A stretch of DNA of 64,000 nt. Origin: an uncultured Synergistaceae bacterium. GTDB lineage: Bacteria > Synergistota > Synergistia > Synergistales > Synergistaceae. The notes beneath the pieces were generated by a model. The model searched no databases, was not told where the DNA came from, and worked only from the letters and a program-made list of their open reading frames with translations. How positions within the stretch are numbered: position 1 is the first letter of the stretch; every line of letters starts with the position of its first letter. Of this stretch, positions 8,659-17,864 are shown one piece after another. The position numbers and the translations under genes are program-made. Location of the stretch: NCBI GenBank assembly GCA_964422205.1, contig CAYRAI010000004.1:8417-72416 (forward strand), written 5' to 3'.

Positions 8659-8771
8659 ATCGATCAGCCCCTTTATTGTCCTTGCCGTATTATATGATAC
8701 ATACAACACTGTTGCAATAAATTTTCTTTTTGCTGTGTTTAATTTTATTTTAAGCAAAGAGCAGGAATATC

Positions 8772-9971
8772 CTAGCTTCGCTGAGCCTCCGCCATGCTCA
8801 TGCGCGCAAACAGGAGATATAGGGGTATGGAAGCACTCTGTGCAGCTATCGAAACTGCTATTAGGGCATAAATAGATGTATCGTAGAGCACGCCCAAAAG
8901 CCAGCTTCCAAGAAACCAGAAGAGTCCGAAGGAGAATTCAAAGATTCCGTAGCCCGCTCCTCTGCTTTGTTTCGGCACTATAACAGAGACAACTGCCTTT
9001 AGGATTGATTCCTGAGCTCCCATGCCGACTCCCCATAGGATCATTCCGAAGATTATCATATCGGGCGAGGCAAAGCCGAAGATGAACAGTGCAAATGGTG
9101 CGGAGAGAAGTGTTGAAAGGACAAGAGCTTTTACGCCGTGTCTGTCGTACATACAGCCGAAGAAGAGGGCAGAGAGAGCATCTGCAGCCATAGCCCCGGC
9201 ATAGAGCAAAGGAAGCTGTCTGTCTGTAAATATGCCTGATTTAAAGACGTGCATTGTTATGAGAGAAAAATCTATAAAGCCAAATGCAAAAAGGCTTATC
9301 CCGATTATGTAGACTGCAAAGGAGCGATTAAAGGTGAATTTTTCTTCTTTCTTTGACTCCGGTTCGAATAGTTCTGGGTTGGGAAAGCGTCGCTTTGCAT
9401 AAAGCAGGAAGAACATTGTGAGAAACGCAGGTACGAGCAGCACGGCAAAACATGCGGAGTAGACTTCGCAGCCGCTTCCTCCCTTAAAAAGCATGACAAG
9501 ATAGAGGATCAGAGGCCCTATAAACGCGCCTATCTGATCTAAGGCTTCTTGGACGGCAAAACTTTTTCCCGCTCCCTCCCTTGATGCGGCAAAGGAGAGT
9601 ATCGTGCTCTTTGCAGGTTTTTTTATGGCTTTGCCCATTTTTTCCAAAATGAGCAGGAAACAGGCAAGTATCCAGCCGTCCTCGCTGACAAGAGCCAAGG
9701 CGGGAACGGCAAAAACGTCTATTGCATAGCCGATAATGGTCATTGTCCAATATTTTTTTGTCTTGTCCGTCAGTTTGCCGAACACCCAGCGCAGGGAGTA
9801 GCCGACGAGCTCTCCCAGCCCGGATACAAACCCTATTACCGAGGCGGAAGCTCCAAGGAATGAGAGGTATGCTCCCCTTATGGATGCTGCTCCTTCGTGA
9901 GTCATGTCCGAAAAGAGGCTCACGATTCCCAGAAGCAGTATAAAAGTCATGGCAGGTGTAATCTTTTTCAT
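8772..9971 (-). CDS. MFS transporter
   Basis: About 12 predicted TM helices. The ORF extends to 10001, but the ATG at 9971 has a GGAGAG SD at about 6 nt. Confidence 0.8.
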   Translation of the reverse strand: MKKITPAMTFILLLGIVSLFSDMTHEGAASIRGAYLSFLGASASVIGFVSGLGELVGYSLRWVFGKLTDKTKKYWTMTIIGYAIDVFAVPALALVSEDGWILACFLLILEKMGKAIKKPAKSTILSFAASREGAGKSFAVQEALDQIGAFIGPLILYLVMLFKGGSGCEVYSACFAVLLVPAFLTMFFLLYAKRRFPNPELFEPESKKEEKFTFNRSFAVYIIGISLFAFGFIDFSLITMHVFKSGIFTDRQLPLLYAGAMAADALSALFFGCMYDRHGVKALVLSTLLSAPFALFIFGFASPDMIIFGMILWGVGMGAQESILKAVVSVIVPKQSRGAGYGIFEFSFGLFWFLGSWLLGVLYDTSIYALIAVSIAAQSASIPLYLLFARMSMAEAQRS

Positions 9972-10213
9972 ATTTTCTCTCCGTATCTCATATCTTTTCA
10001 TTGCGTTTATAATTTTAGTTCAACATAGAGCAAAAACAATATTTTGATAAGTAAAGTTTTAGAAATTTATAAAATTAGGAGAAAAAAAATATCATTTCTG
10101 CTGTTTATTGAAAGAAGCACTGTGTACGTTACGTTGATAGACTGTTTTTACTTTCTGCATTGGATATTAAACTGACATCCGAAGAATATCGCTCAAAAAT
10201 ATAGTATCGGTGG

Positions 10214-10242
10214 TTGACATTCACAGAACAAAGCCGTATTAT
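10214..10242 (+). promoter_or_regulatory. Sigma-70-like promoter of the ilv leader
   Basis: TTGACA (10214-10219), 17-nt spacer, TATTAT (10237-10242). Confidence 0.55.
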
Positions 10243-10303
10243 GTCCTCCAATATCTTGTCTGCAAAGACATATAGAAGTATCGCCATGGAAGGTGGGACT
10301 GTA

Positions 10304-10396
10304 ATGTACGAAAGCTTAATATCATCTTTAACAAGCCTTGTTCTCGTCGTAGTCGTTATTATTAGCAGCGGGTCCCCCGAAGTGGCCGGTGCTTAA
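10304..10396 (+). CDS. Putative ilv/leu leader peptide (30 aa, Leu/Val/Ile-rich)
   Basis: MYESLISSLTSLVLVVVVIISSGSPEVAGA; GGAAGGTGGG SD about 6 nt upstream; nine consecutive Leu/Val/Ile codons (10337-10363); sits between the promoter and a terminator hairpin. Confidence 0.6.
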   Translation: MYESLISSLTSLVLVVVVIISSGSPEVAGA

Positions 10397-10412
10397 TCAC
10401 CGTGTAGCTTTC

Positions 10413-10450
10413 GGACCGGGACCCGCTGAGGGTTCCGGTTCTTTTTTTTT
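10413..10450 (+). terminator. Attenuator terminator of the ilv leader
   Basis: GGACCGGGACCC (10413-10424) pairs with GGGTTCCGGTTC (10430-10441) with two or three G-U pairs, loop GCTGA, then T9 (10442-10450). Segment 10366-10376 is perfectly complementary to 10418-10428 (alternative antiterminator). Confidence 0.8.
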
Positions 10451-10472
10451 CTAATGAGGAGGATGTCATGAA

Positions 10473-10979
10473 ATGAGGAGCACTTTCAGTATTCTGTCGG
10501 AAGATAACCCCGGAGTCCTTATGAGGATAGCGGGACTTATCTACCGCCGCGGCTACAATATCGAAAGCCTGAGCGTCGGCAGGACGAGCACCCCCGGAAT
10601 CTCGCGCTTCACTATCGTAATAGAGGGAGAGGAGAGCGTCTGCGAACAGATACGCAAACAGCTTTCAAAGCTGATAGAGGTTGTGGATGTTCGCAATCTT
10701 ACAAAAGAAGGGCCATTTGTGGAACGGTGGCTCTCACTCGTCAAGGTCAAAGCTCCGCTTGAAATGCGTCCACATGTGCTCCAGACGGCCGAGATATTCA
10801 GATGCAGAGTCGTAGACCTGGGAGCCGAGGCTATAACCATGGAAGTTACGGGAGACAGAGGAAAGCTTCAGGCGTGCCTTGAGGCCTTCAAACCTTACGG
10901 AATACTTGAGACAGTGGGCTCGGGGCAGGTAGCATTGGCGCGTTCCGGCTTCCTTCCCGAAAATTCCGAGGAGCAGTAA
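10473..10979 (+). CDS. ilvN: Acetolactate synthase small (regulatory) subunit
   Basis: 168 aa; ACT-domain N-terminus LSEDNPGVLMRIAGLIYRRGYNIESLSVG closely parallels IlvH/IlvN; GAGGAGG SD. Confidence 0.9.
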   Translation: MRSTFSILSEDNPGVLMRIAGLIYRRGYNIESLSVGRTSTPGISRFTIVIEGEESVCEQIRKQLSKLIEVVDVRNLTKEGPFVERWLSLVKVKAPLEMRPHVLQTAEIFRCRVVDLGAEAITMEVTGDRGKLQACLEAFKPYGILETVGSGQVALARSGFLPENSEEQ

Positions 10980-11066
10980 ATTTTTTTTGTTATGACTAGG
11001 CCCAATAAGAGCCCCGTACATAAATATATTTTATAAGTCCAAAGCAGGACAGAAGGAGTGTTTTTT

Positions 11067-12077
11067 ATGGCACATGTATATTACGACCGTGATGCAGATC
11101 TCAATCTTCTTTCGGGAAAGACAATAGCTATATTCGGCTACGGCAGCCAGGGACATGCTCACGCTCAGAATCTCAAGGACAGCGGAGCCAATGTTATCAT
11201 CGGTCTCCACGAGGGAAGCAAGTCAAAGGAAAAGGCCGAGAAGGACGGATTTGAAGTCTACACTGTCGCAGAAGCCACAAAGAGAGCTGATGTCGTTATG
11301 TTCCTCATCCCCGACCACCTCCAGGCTTCGACATACAAAAATGACGTTCTCCCCAACCTCAAGGCCGATGCAAAGCTCGCATTCGCCCACGGCTTCGCAA
11401 TCCACTTCGGACAGATAACACCGGAAGCAAACCATGACGTCTTCATGGTCGCACCCAAGGGCCCCGGCCACATGGTTCGCCACATGTACAAAGAGGGCAA
11501 GGGCGTTCCCTGCCTTATCGCTATCTACCAGGACGCAAGCGGCAAAGCCAAGGATTTCTCCCTTGCATACGCGTCAGCCATAGGCGGAGGCAGAGCGGGC
11601 ATTATAGAGACCTCCTTCCGTGAAGAGACGGAGACAGACCTCTTCGGAGAGCAGGCTGTCCTTTGCGGCGGTATCAGCCAGCTTATGCAGGACGGCTTCC
11701 AGACACTCGTGGACGCAGGCTATCAGCCCGAGATGGCTTACTTTGAGTGCATCAACGAAATGAAGCTCATAGTCGACATGATATTTGAGGGCGGACTCTC
11801 ATGGATGCGCTACTCAATCAGCGACACAGCCAAATACGGCGACATGACAGCAGGCCCCAGAGTCATCGGAGACGAATCACGCAAGGCCATGAAGCAGCTC
11901 CTTCTTGAGATACAGGACGGAACTTTCGCGCGCGATTGGATACTTGAGAACCAGACAGGACGCCCCCGCATGAAGAAGTGGGCAAAGGCCGCTCAGGAAG
12001 CCCCCTGCGAAGCTGTAGGAAAAGAGCTCCGCAAAATGATGCCTTGGATGGAACAGAAAGAAGTTCCCAAGTTTTAG
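11067..12077 (+). CDS. ilvC: Ketol-acid reductoisomerase (class I)
   Basis: [36 protein letters not shown]; AAGGAG SD 8 nt upstream of ATG 11067 (the track ORF starts 9 nt earlier at GTG). Confidence 0.95.
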   Translation: MAHVYYDRDADLNLLSGKTIAIFGYGSQGHAHAQNLKDSGANVIIGLHEGSKSKEKAEKDGFEVYTVAEATKRADVVMFLIPDHLQASTYKNDVLPNLKADAKLAFAHGFAIHFGQITPEANHDVFMVAPKGPGHMVRHMYKEGKGVPCLIAIYQDASGKAKDFSLAYASAIGGGRAGIIETSFREETETDLFGEQAVLCGGISQLMQDGFQTLVDAGYQPEMAYFECINEMKLIVDMIFEGGLSWMRYSISDTAKYGDMTAGPRVIGDESRKAMKQLLLEIQDGTFARDWILENQTGRPRMKKWAKAAQEAPCEAVGKELRKMMPWMEQKEVPKF

Positions 12078-12096
12078 TTTTGTAGATTAAATATCG

Positions 12097-12132
12097 GCTC
12101 TTCGGCGAATTCCGTAAGATTCGCCGAAGGGC
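12097..12132 (+). other. Strong intercistronic hairpin between ilvC and leuA
   Basis: CTTCGGCGAAT (12100-12110) / ATTCGCCGAAG (12119-12129), perfect 11 bp and extendable to about 14 bp; no U-tract. Confidence 0.6.
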
Positions 12133-12167
12133 AAATTCTTTCCCGTGATATGCAAAGGAGAACTGTA

Positions 12168-13703
12168 ATGACCGAACATGTGCGGATTTTTGACACAACT
12201 CTGAGAGACGGAGAACAGGCTGCTAAGATTAATCTCAGCAAAGATGAAAAGCTCAGGATAGCAAGGCAGCTTGCAAGGCTTGGGGCAGACATTATAGAGG
12301 CGGGATTTCCCGCGGGCTCGATAAGCGACTTTGAGTCCGTAAAGGCGATATCCAAAGAGATAGAAGGCCCTGTCATTGCGGCTCTTGCCCGCACATGCGA
12401 GGAAGACATTACAAAAGCCGCCCTTGCTCTTAAGGATGCGGCGCGCCCGCGCATACACACATACATAGCGACAAGTCCCATACACATGGAGTACAAGCTC
12501 AAGATGGACAAGGAAAAAGTCCTCTCCGAAGTCAGAAATGCAGTTACTCTGGCAAGGACATTTGTCGAGGATGTTGAGTTCTCGGCGGAAGACGCCAGCC
12601 GCTCCGATGCGGATTTCCTTGTCGAGGTTTTTAAGACAGCAATAGAGTGCGGTGCTTCGACGGTAAATGTGCCGGATACAGTCGGCTATGCTCAGCCGGA
12701 GGAGTTTTTTAAATTTCTGAAAGATATAATGGAACGCACAAACGCCCCTTCACACGTCCTATGGTCGGTTCACTGCCACAACGACCTTGGTCTTGCCGTG
12801 GCAAATTCCCTTGCAGCGGTGAGAGCGGGAGTAAGGCAGGTCGAGTGCACGATAAACGGACTCGGAGAACGGGCCGGGAACGCAGCAATGGAAGAAATTG
12901 TCATGGCGATAAACACGAGAGCCGACTACTACAATCTTCATACAAAGATAGAGACTTCAAGGTTCTACAGTACAAGCAAGCTTGTATCTCAGGCCACGGG
13001 AGTTATTGTCCAGCCCAATAAAGCGATAGTTGGCAAAAATGCTTTCACTCACGAAGCGGCAATACACATGCGCGGAATGCTCTGCAACAGGGCTACATAC
13101 GAGATAATGACGCCCGAAACGGTGGGAACGCCGCTTGCGGAACGGACATTGGGCAAGCACTCGGGCAGACACATGTTCAAAGAGAAAACGGAGGACATGG
13201 GGTATCAGCTTTCGGCAGCTGAGACAGACTACGCCTTCACATGCTTCAAAGAGCTCTGTGAAAAGAAAAAAGATGTCTCCGACGGAGATATAGAGGCTAT
13301 GATACTGGATAAAGTGCTCTCATACACGCCTGAAAAAATGTATGAGCTTAAAGATTTTGCTGTTCAAATAGGCACAGGCTGCAAACCGACGGCAAGCGTC
13401 ACTCTCTTTGTAAACGGAAATGACTTTACGGAAGCCGCTGTCGGCAACGGCCCTGTTGATGCCGTCTATAACGCGATAAAGAAAATTTTGGGTATCTCCC
13501 CTCAGCTCAAGGGCTTTAGGATCGGAGCTACGAGCGAACGCTCGGATGCTCAGGCTGAGACAAGAATAATCCTTCACCATAAAGAGATTCAGGCGCAGGG
13601 ACGCGGAACAAGCACGGATATTGTCGAATCTTCCGTGCGGGCTTACGTTGACGCAATCAACAGGCTGTACACCGCCGCCGCTGCAAAAGACATTAAGCTT
13701 TAA
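12168..13703 (+). CDS. leuA: 2-isopropylmalate synthase (LeuA/CimA family)
   Basis: [16 protein letters not shown]-like barrel motif and a C-terminal LeuA-dimer regulatory domain; AAGGAG SD before ATG 12168. A citramalate synthase cannot be excluded. Confidence 0.85.
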   Translation: MTEHVRIFDTTLRDGEQAAKINLSKDEKLRIARQLARLGADIIEAGFPAGSISDFESVKAISKEIEGPVIAALARTCEEDITKAALALKDAARPRIHTYIATSPIHMEYKLKMDKEKVLSEVRNAVTLARTFVEDVEFSAEDASRSDADFLVEVFKTAIECGASTVNVPDTVGYAQPEEFFKFLKDIMERTNAPSHVLWSVHCHNDLGLAVANSLAAVRAGVRQVECTINGLGERAGNAAMEEIVMAINTRADYYNLHTKIETSRFYSTSKLVSQATGVIVQPNKAIVGKNAFTHEAAIHMRGMLCNRATYEIMTPETVGTPLAERTLGKHSGRHMFKEKTEDMGYQLSAAETDYAFTCFKELCEKKKDVSDGDIEAMILDKVLSYTPEKMYELKDFAVQIGTGCKPTASVTLFVNGNDFTEAAVGNGPVDAVYNAIKKILGISPQLKGFRIGATSERSDAQAETRIILHHKEIQAQGRGTSTDIVESSVRAYVDAINRLYTAAAAKDIKL

Positions 13704-13737
13704 CAACTTGAAGAGAAAATAAGGAGCTGAAATCAGG

Positions 13738-15417
13738 ATGGCAAGTATGAACGGAGCCGAGATGGTTGTAAAGTCCCTGGAAGCGGAAGGCGTAAAAACA
13801 ATGTTCGGCCTTCCCGGAGGAACAGTAATTCATCTCTATGACGCAATATATGACTCGAAGATAAATCACATTCTAATGCGCCACGAACAGGCTGCGGCAC
13901 ATGCGGCTGACGGTTATGCGAGAGCGTCGGGACGTCCCGGCGTCTGCATAGCCACATCTGGCCCCGGAGCAACAAACCTGGTAACGGGCATAGCTACTGC
14001 CAACTTGGACTCAGTTCCGCTTGTGGCAATAACGGGACAGGTCGCCACGGGAGTTATAGGCACGGACGCTTTTCAGGAAGCGGACATAGTGGGAGCAACT
14101 CTTCCTCTGGTCAAGCACAGTATGCAGGTGCGCTCTCCCGAACAGATTCCCACCGCCATTAAAAAGGCATTTCACATAGCTTCTACTGGACGCCCCGGCC
14201 CCGTACTCGTTGACGTTCCTGCAGACGTGCAGAAGGGAATCGGAACTTTCAGCTATCCCGAAAAAGTTGACTTCCCCGGCTATCATCCTGAATCTGTTCT
14301 TGAGATAGAAAGTCTGGACGAAGCCGCAGCAATGCTTGAACAGGCTCACAGACCCGTCATATTCGCAGGGGGCGGAGTCATAAGCTCAGGAGCGTCGGAG
14401 AAACTCACGGACTTTGCGGAGAGGCTGGAGATACCTGTAACAACAACCCTCCTCGGCAAGGGAGCATTCCCCGAGTCGCACCCTCTGGGGCTCTCACTCG
14501 GCATGGCGGGAATGCACGGACACCCTGCGGCAAACAGAGCCCTCATGTCAGCCGATGTCATACTGACCATAGGCTCGCGTTTCAGCGACAGAACTACGGG
14601 CAAAAGAGACAGATTCGCGCCCGAAGCCAAGATAATTCACATCGACTTAGACCCTGCCGAGATAGACAAGACTATAGGCTCTGATGTCTGGCTTGTGGGA
14701 GACGCTCTTTTCATAATCGACCTTCTTGACAAAGCGGTTAAGAAAAAGCAGGACAGAAGCGCATGGATTGACCGCCTTGCCGAAATCCGCAGAGACGAAC
14801 CTATGCCCCATGTAAAATTTGACGGAAAGATAGCTCCTTGGCAGGTGCTTGAGGCTCTGAGAGAAATCACAGGAGGCAATGCCGTTGTCACTACGGAAGT
14901 GGGACAGAACCAGATGTGGGCGGCTCAGCACTATAAAACGGAGCATCCGAGAAGATTCCTATCATCCGGCGGGCTCGGCACAATGGGCTTCGGCTTTCCT
15001 GCCGCGATAGGAGCTGCATATGCCTGTCCCAATCAGCATATATGCTGCGTGGCTGGAGACGGAAGCCTTATGATGAACATACAGGAGCTGGACACATGCG
15101 CCCGCTACAACATACCGGTCAAGATAATACTGCTGAACAACTCCTGCCTCGGCAACGTAAGGCAGTGGCAGGAGATATTCTACAACGCCCGCTACTCGAA
15201 CACCATATACAACAAAGTTCCCGACTTCCTTAAAATAGCAGAGGGAATGGGAGTACAGGGTTACTCTGCCAATAAGCCGGAAGATATACACAAAACTTTG
15301 GAAAAGGCTCTGGAACAGCCGGGGGCAGCTCTTATCGACTTCCGAATCCCGCAGGAGGCAATGGTCATGCCTATGGTAATGCCCGGAGACGCAATAGACA
15401 AAATGCATTTTAACTAA
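13738..15417 (+). CDS. ilvB: Acetolactate synthase large (catalytic) subunit, ThDP/FAD type
   Basis: 559 aa; MNGAEMVVKSLEAEGV...GPGATNLVTGIATA...GLGTMGFGFPAAIGA...GDGS ThDP motif. Confidence 0.9.
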   Translation: MASMNGAEMVVKSLEAEGVKTMFGLPGGTVIHLYDAIYDSKINHILMRHEQAAAHAADGYARASGRPGVCIATSGPGATNLVTGIATANLDSVPLVAITGQVATGVIGTDAFQEADIVGATLPLVKHSMQVRSPEQIPTAIKKAFHIASTGRPGPVLVDVPADVQKGIGTFSYPEKVDFPGYHPESVLEIESLDEAAAMLEQAHRPVIFAGGGVISSGASEKLTDFAERLEIPVTTTLLGKGAFPESHPLGLSLGMAGMHGHPAANRALMSADVILTIGSRFSDRTTGKRDRFAPEAKIIHIDLDPAEIDKTIGSDVWLVGDALFIIDLLDKAVKKKQDRSAWIDRLAEIRRDEPMPHVKFDGKIAPWQVLEALREITGGNAVVTTEVGQNQMWAAQHYKTEHPRRFLSSGGLGTMGFGFPAAIGAAYACPNQHICCVAGDGSLMMNIQELDTCARYNIPVKIILLNNSCLGNVRQWQEIFYNARYSNTIYNKVPDFLKIAEGMGVQGYSANKPEDIHKTLEKALEQPGAALIDFRIPQEAMVMPMVMPGDAIDKMHFN

Positions 15418-15421
15418 ATGG

Positions 15422-15449
15422 AACGGGCTTGCAAAAAAGCCCGTTTTTA
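15422..15449 (+). terminator. Intrinsic terminator between ilvB and ilvD
   Basis: AACGGGCTT / AAGCCCGTT stem, loop GCAAAA, followed by TTT; a TATAAT box follows at about 15466-15471. Confidence 0.65.
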
Positions 15450-15504
15450 ACTTGAAATCTTGTATTATAATTTATTTAATCTATGTGACAGGAGTGAAAT
15501 CTTT

Positions 15505-17169
15505 ATGAACAGCGACAAGGCGAAAAAAGGATTCGAAAGAAGCCCGCACCGCTCTCTCTTAAAAGCGGCAGGCTATACAGACTGGGAAATAGACCGTCCG
15601 TGGATAGGAGTGGCAAACTCCTACAATGCGATAATTCCGGGACACGTTCATCTGCGCACAATCGTTGACGCGGTAAAGGCAGGCATATATGCGGCGGGAG
15701 GGCTTCCCATAGAATTTCCCGTCATCGGCGTATGCGACGGGATAGCAATGAACCATGAGGGAATGAAATTCTCGCTTCCAAGCCGTGAGCTCATCATGGA
15801 TTCGGTTGAAATAATGGCGCGCGGGCACGCCTTTGACGGACTCGTACTCGTGCCTAACTGCGACAAAATAATTCCGGGAATGGCTATGGCGGCTGCGAAG
15901 CTCAACCTGCCGTCGGTAGTTATTTCGGGAGGGCCTATGATGGCGGGAGCTCACAAGGGCAAAGTCCTCGACCTCAACAGCGTTTTTGAGGGAGTCGGCA
16001 AAAGAGCGGCAGGGCTGATAGACGATGCCGCTCTGCACGACATAGAGGACAACGCCTGCCCCGGCTGCGGCTCATGCTCGGGAATGTTTACGGCAAACAC
16101 AATGAACTGCATGATGGAGGCTCTTGGTTTGGGACTTCCCGGCAACGGCACTGTTCCCGCTGTTCATGCCGGACGAGTGCGCCTTGCTAAAGAGGCGGGA
16201 CGCGCCGTTATGACTCTTGTCGAAAAAAATATCCGTCCCAGAGACATACTTACAAAGGAAGCCTTCGACAACGCGGTTGCAGTGGACTTGGCCCTCGGAG
16301 GATCGACAAACACATCACTGCACCTTCCGGCTATAGCGTGGGCAGCCGGGCTTAAACTCTCCCTTGACGCATTTAACGAGATAGGAGCTAAAGTGCCCCA
16401 CCTCTGCTCAATGAGCCCGGGCGGAGCTCACCACATAGAAGACCTCTGGCAGGCGGGAGGAGTGCAGGCTCTGATGGCACAGCTCCTAGAAGCGGGACTT
16501 ATATGCGGAGAGTGCATCACTGTAACGGGACATACTGCCAAAGAAAACCTAAAGAATGCTATGCCTGCAGACAGCAGTGTCATACGTCCTCTTGACAATC
16601 CCTATCACAAAGAGGGCGGGCTGGCCTTCATCAAAGGCACTCTTGCTCCGCTCGGAGCAATAGTCAAACAGGCGGCGGTTGCCCCGGAAATGCTCGTACA
16701 CGAAGGCCCTGCAAGGGTTTATGAGTGCGAGGAAGACGCAAGCCGCGCCATACTTAACAACGAGATAAACGACGGTGACGTTGTGGTTATACGCAACGAA
16801 GGGCCTAAGGGCGGCCCCGGCATGAGAGAGATGCTCACCCCCACTTCTGCGATAATGGGGCAGGGCAAGGGCGGCACTGTGGCTCTCATAACGGACGGAC
16901 GCTTCTCGGGAGCCACAAGAGGAGCAGCGATAGGCCACGTATCGCCGGAAGCTGTCTCGGGAGGCCCGATAGGCCTTATAGAAGAAGGCGACATAATCAG
17001 CATCAACATACCTGAAAAGAGGCTCGACCTCAAAGTGAGCGAAGAAGTACTTGCAATGCGACGCAAAAACTTTACTCCGAAACCTCAAAAAGTGCAGAGC
17101 GCGTTCCTGAACCGCTACAGAGCATTTGCGACGTCTGGAGTGGAGGGCGCTGTACTGAGAGACGAATAG
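15505..17169 (+). CDS. ilvD: Dihydroxy-acid dehydratase
   Basis: [13 protein letters not shown]...[15 protein letters not shown]...[10 protein letters not shown]...[17 protein letters not shown]; AGGAGTG SD before ATG 15505. Confidence 0.95.
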   Translation: MNSDKAKKGFERSPHRSLLKAAGYTDWEIDRPWIGVANSYNAIIPGHVHLRTIVDAVKAGIYAAGGLPIEFPVIGVCDGIAMNHEGMKFSLPSRELIMDSVEIMARGHAFDGLVLVPNCDKIIPGMAMAAAKLNLPSVVISGGPMMAGAHKGKVLDLNSVFEGVGKRAAGLIDDAALHDIEDNACPGCGSCSGMFTANTMNCMMEALGLGLPGNGTVPAVHAGRVRLAKEAGRAVMTLVEKNIRPRDILTKEAFDNAVAVDLALGGSTNTSLHLPAIAWAAGLKLSLDAFNEIGAKVPHLCSMSPGGAHHIEDLWQAGGVQALMAQLLEAGLICGECITVTGHTAKENLKNAMPADSSVIRPLDNPYHKEGGLAFIKGTLAPLGAIVKQAAVAPEMLVHEGPARVYECEEDASRAILNNEINDGDVVVIRNEGPKGGPGMREMLTPTSAIMGQGKGGTVALITDGRFSGATRGAAIGHVSPEAVSGGPIGLIEEGDIISINIPEKRLDLKVSEEVLAMRRKNFTPKPQKVQSAFLNRYRAFATSGVEGAVLRDE

Positions 17170-17174
17170 AAAAT

Positions 17175-17210
17175 AAAAGACTGGAGCGGCTTCTGCCGCT
17201 CCAGTCTTTT
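17175..17210. terminator. Bidirectional terminator shared by ilvD and the convergent usp gene
   Basis: AAAAGACTGGAGCGGC-TTCT-GCCGCTCCAGTCTTTT perfect stem. Confidence 0.85.
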
Positions 17211-17237
17211 ATAATGCTTTATCTCAGCCAAAAGCCT

Positions 17238-17717
17238 CTATTCCGCGTCCGGAGCTCTGTAAATCAGAACTGAACAGGGAGCGTAGCGCACTAGCTTCGT
17301 GGCTGTGCTTCCGACAAGAATTCTGTCGATTGTGCTGTAGCTCTTGTACCCTGCTATTATCATGTCAAACTTGTTAGTCTTTGCATATTTTAATATCTCT
17401 TCGCCGGGATCTCCGACAGCGACAAACTTCTCTGTCTTAATAAGCTCCGGTTTGCCGTGCTTGGCGTAGACATTGCCGATAATCTCGTCCAGACGCTTTG
17501 CGGCGGCTGCTTCAATCTTCTTCTGCTCTCCGGCATCGTCCAAAGTTGCATAAGCTCCGCAGCCGGCATAGCCTACCAGCATAAGAGTGGCTCTTGGAGC
17601 GCAATGGAAAAAGACAGCATCCATACCGCCTTTCTGCGCCATCATATAACCATGTTCGGCAACGGCTATTCCTACGGGACTAAAGTCAACCGCAATCAAC
17701 AATTTCATATCGCTCAC
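17238..17717 (-). CDS. Universal stress protein (UspA family)
   Basis: 159 aa; Usp fold pattern ending GSTATKLVRYAPCSVLIY; AAGGGGTG SD. Confidence 0.85.
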   Translation of the reverse strand: MSDMKLLIAVDFSPVGIAVAEHGYMMAQKGGMDAVFFHCAPRATLMLVGYAGCGAYATLDDAGEQKKIEAAAAKRLDEIIGNVYAKHGKPELIKTEKFVAVGDPGEEILKYAKTNKFDMIIAGYKSYSTIDRILVGSTATKLVRYAPCSVLIYRAPDAE

Positions 17718-17864
17718 CCCTTAGTTTAATATATGTCCTCTGTAAAAGTATTGTCTCACCATGAGAGCAATTCATCAAGTTAAAATCGCTCAGATATGAA
17801 GAGCTTCCTAAACAATGAAATCATGCCTTGGAGCAAATATGGCGAGTCATTTTTTACGAAGATG

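Noticed and set aside
8659-8757. N-terminal extensions offered by the ORF track (fur, MFS, ilvC, leuA, ilvD, glmS, gcvT, hndD, hndA, nuoE-like, dppF-like, M24, rplL, yhaM-like, the DGC)
   Set aside because: In each case the longer form starts at a non-ATG or SD-less codon and adds residues atypical for the family. An internal start has a good SD and gives the canonical N-terminus. Coordinates above use the internal starts. Uncertainty remains for fur, folD, mobA and the DGC.
10214-10303. The full 60-codon track ORF 10214-10396 as the leader peptide
   Set aside because: Its first codon lies inside the -35 box of the predicted promoter. The strong SD precedes the internal ATG at 10304, so only the last 30 codons are likely to be translated.
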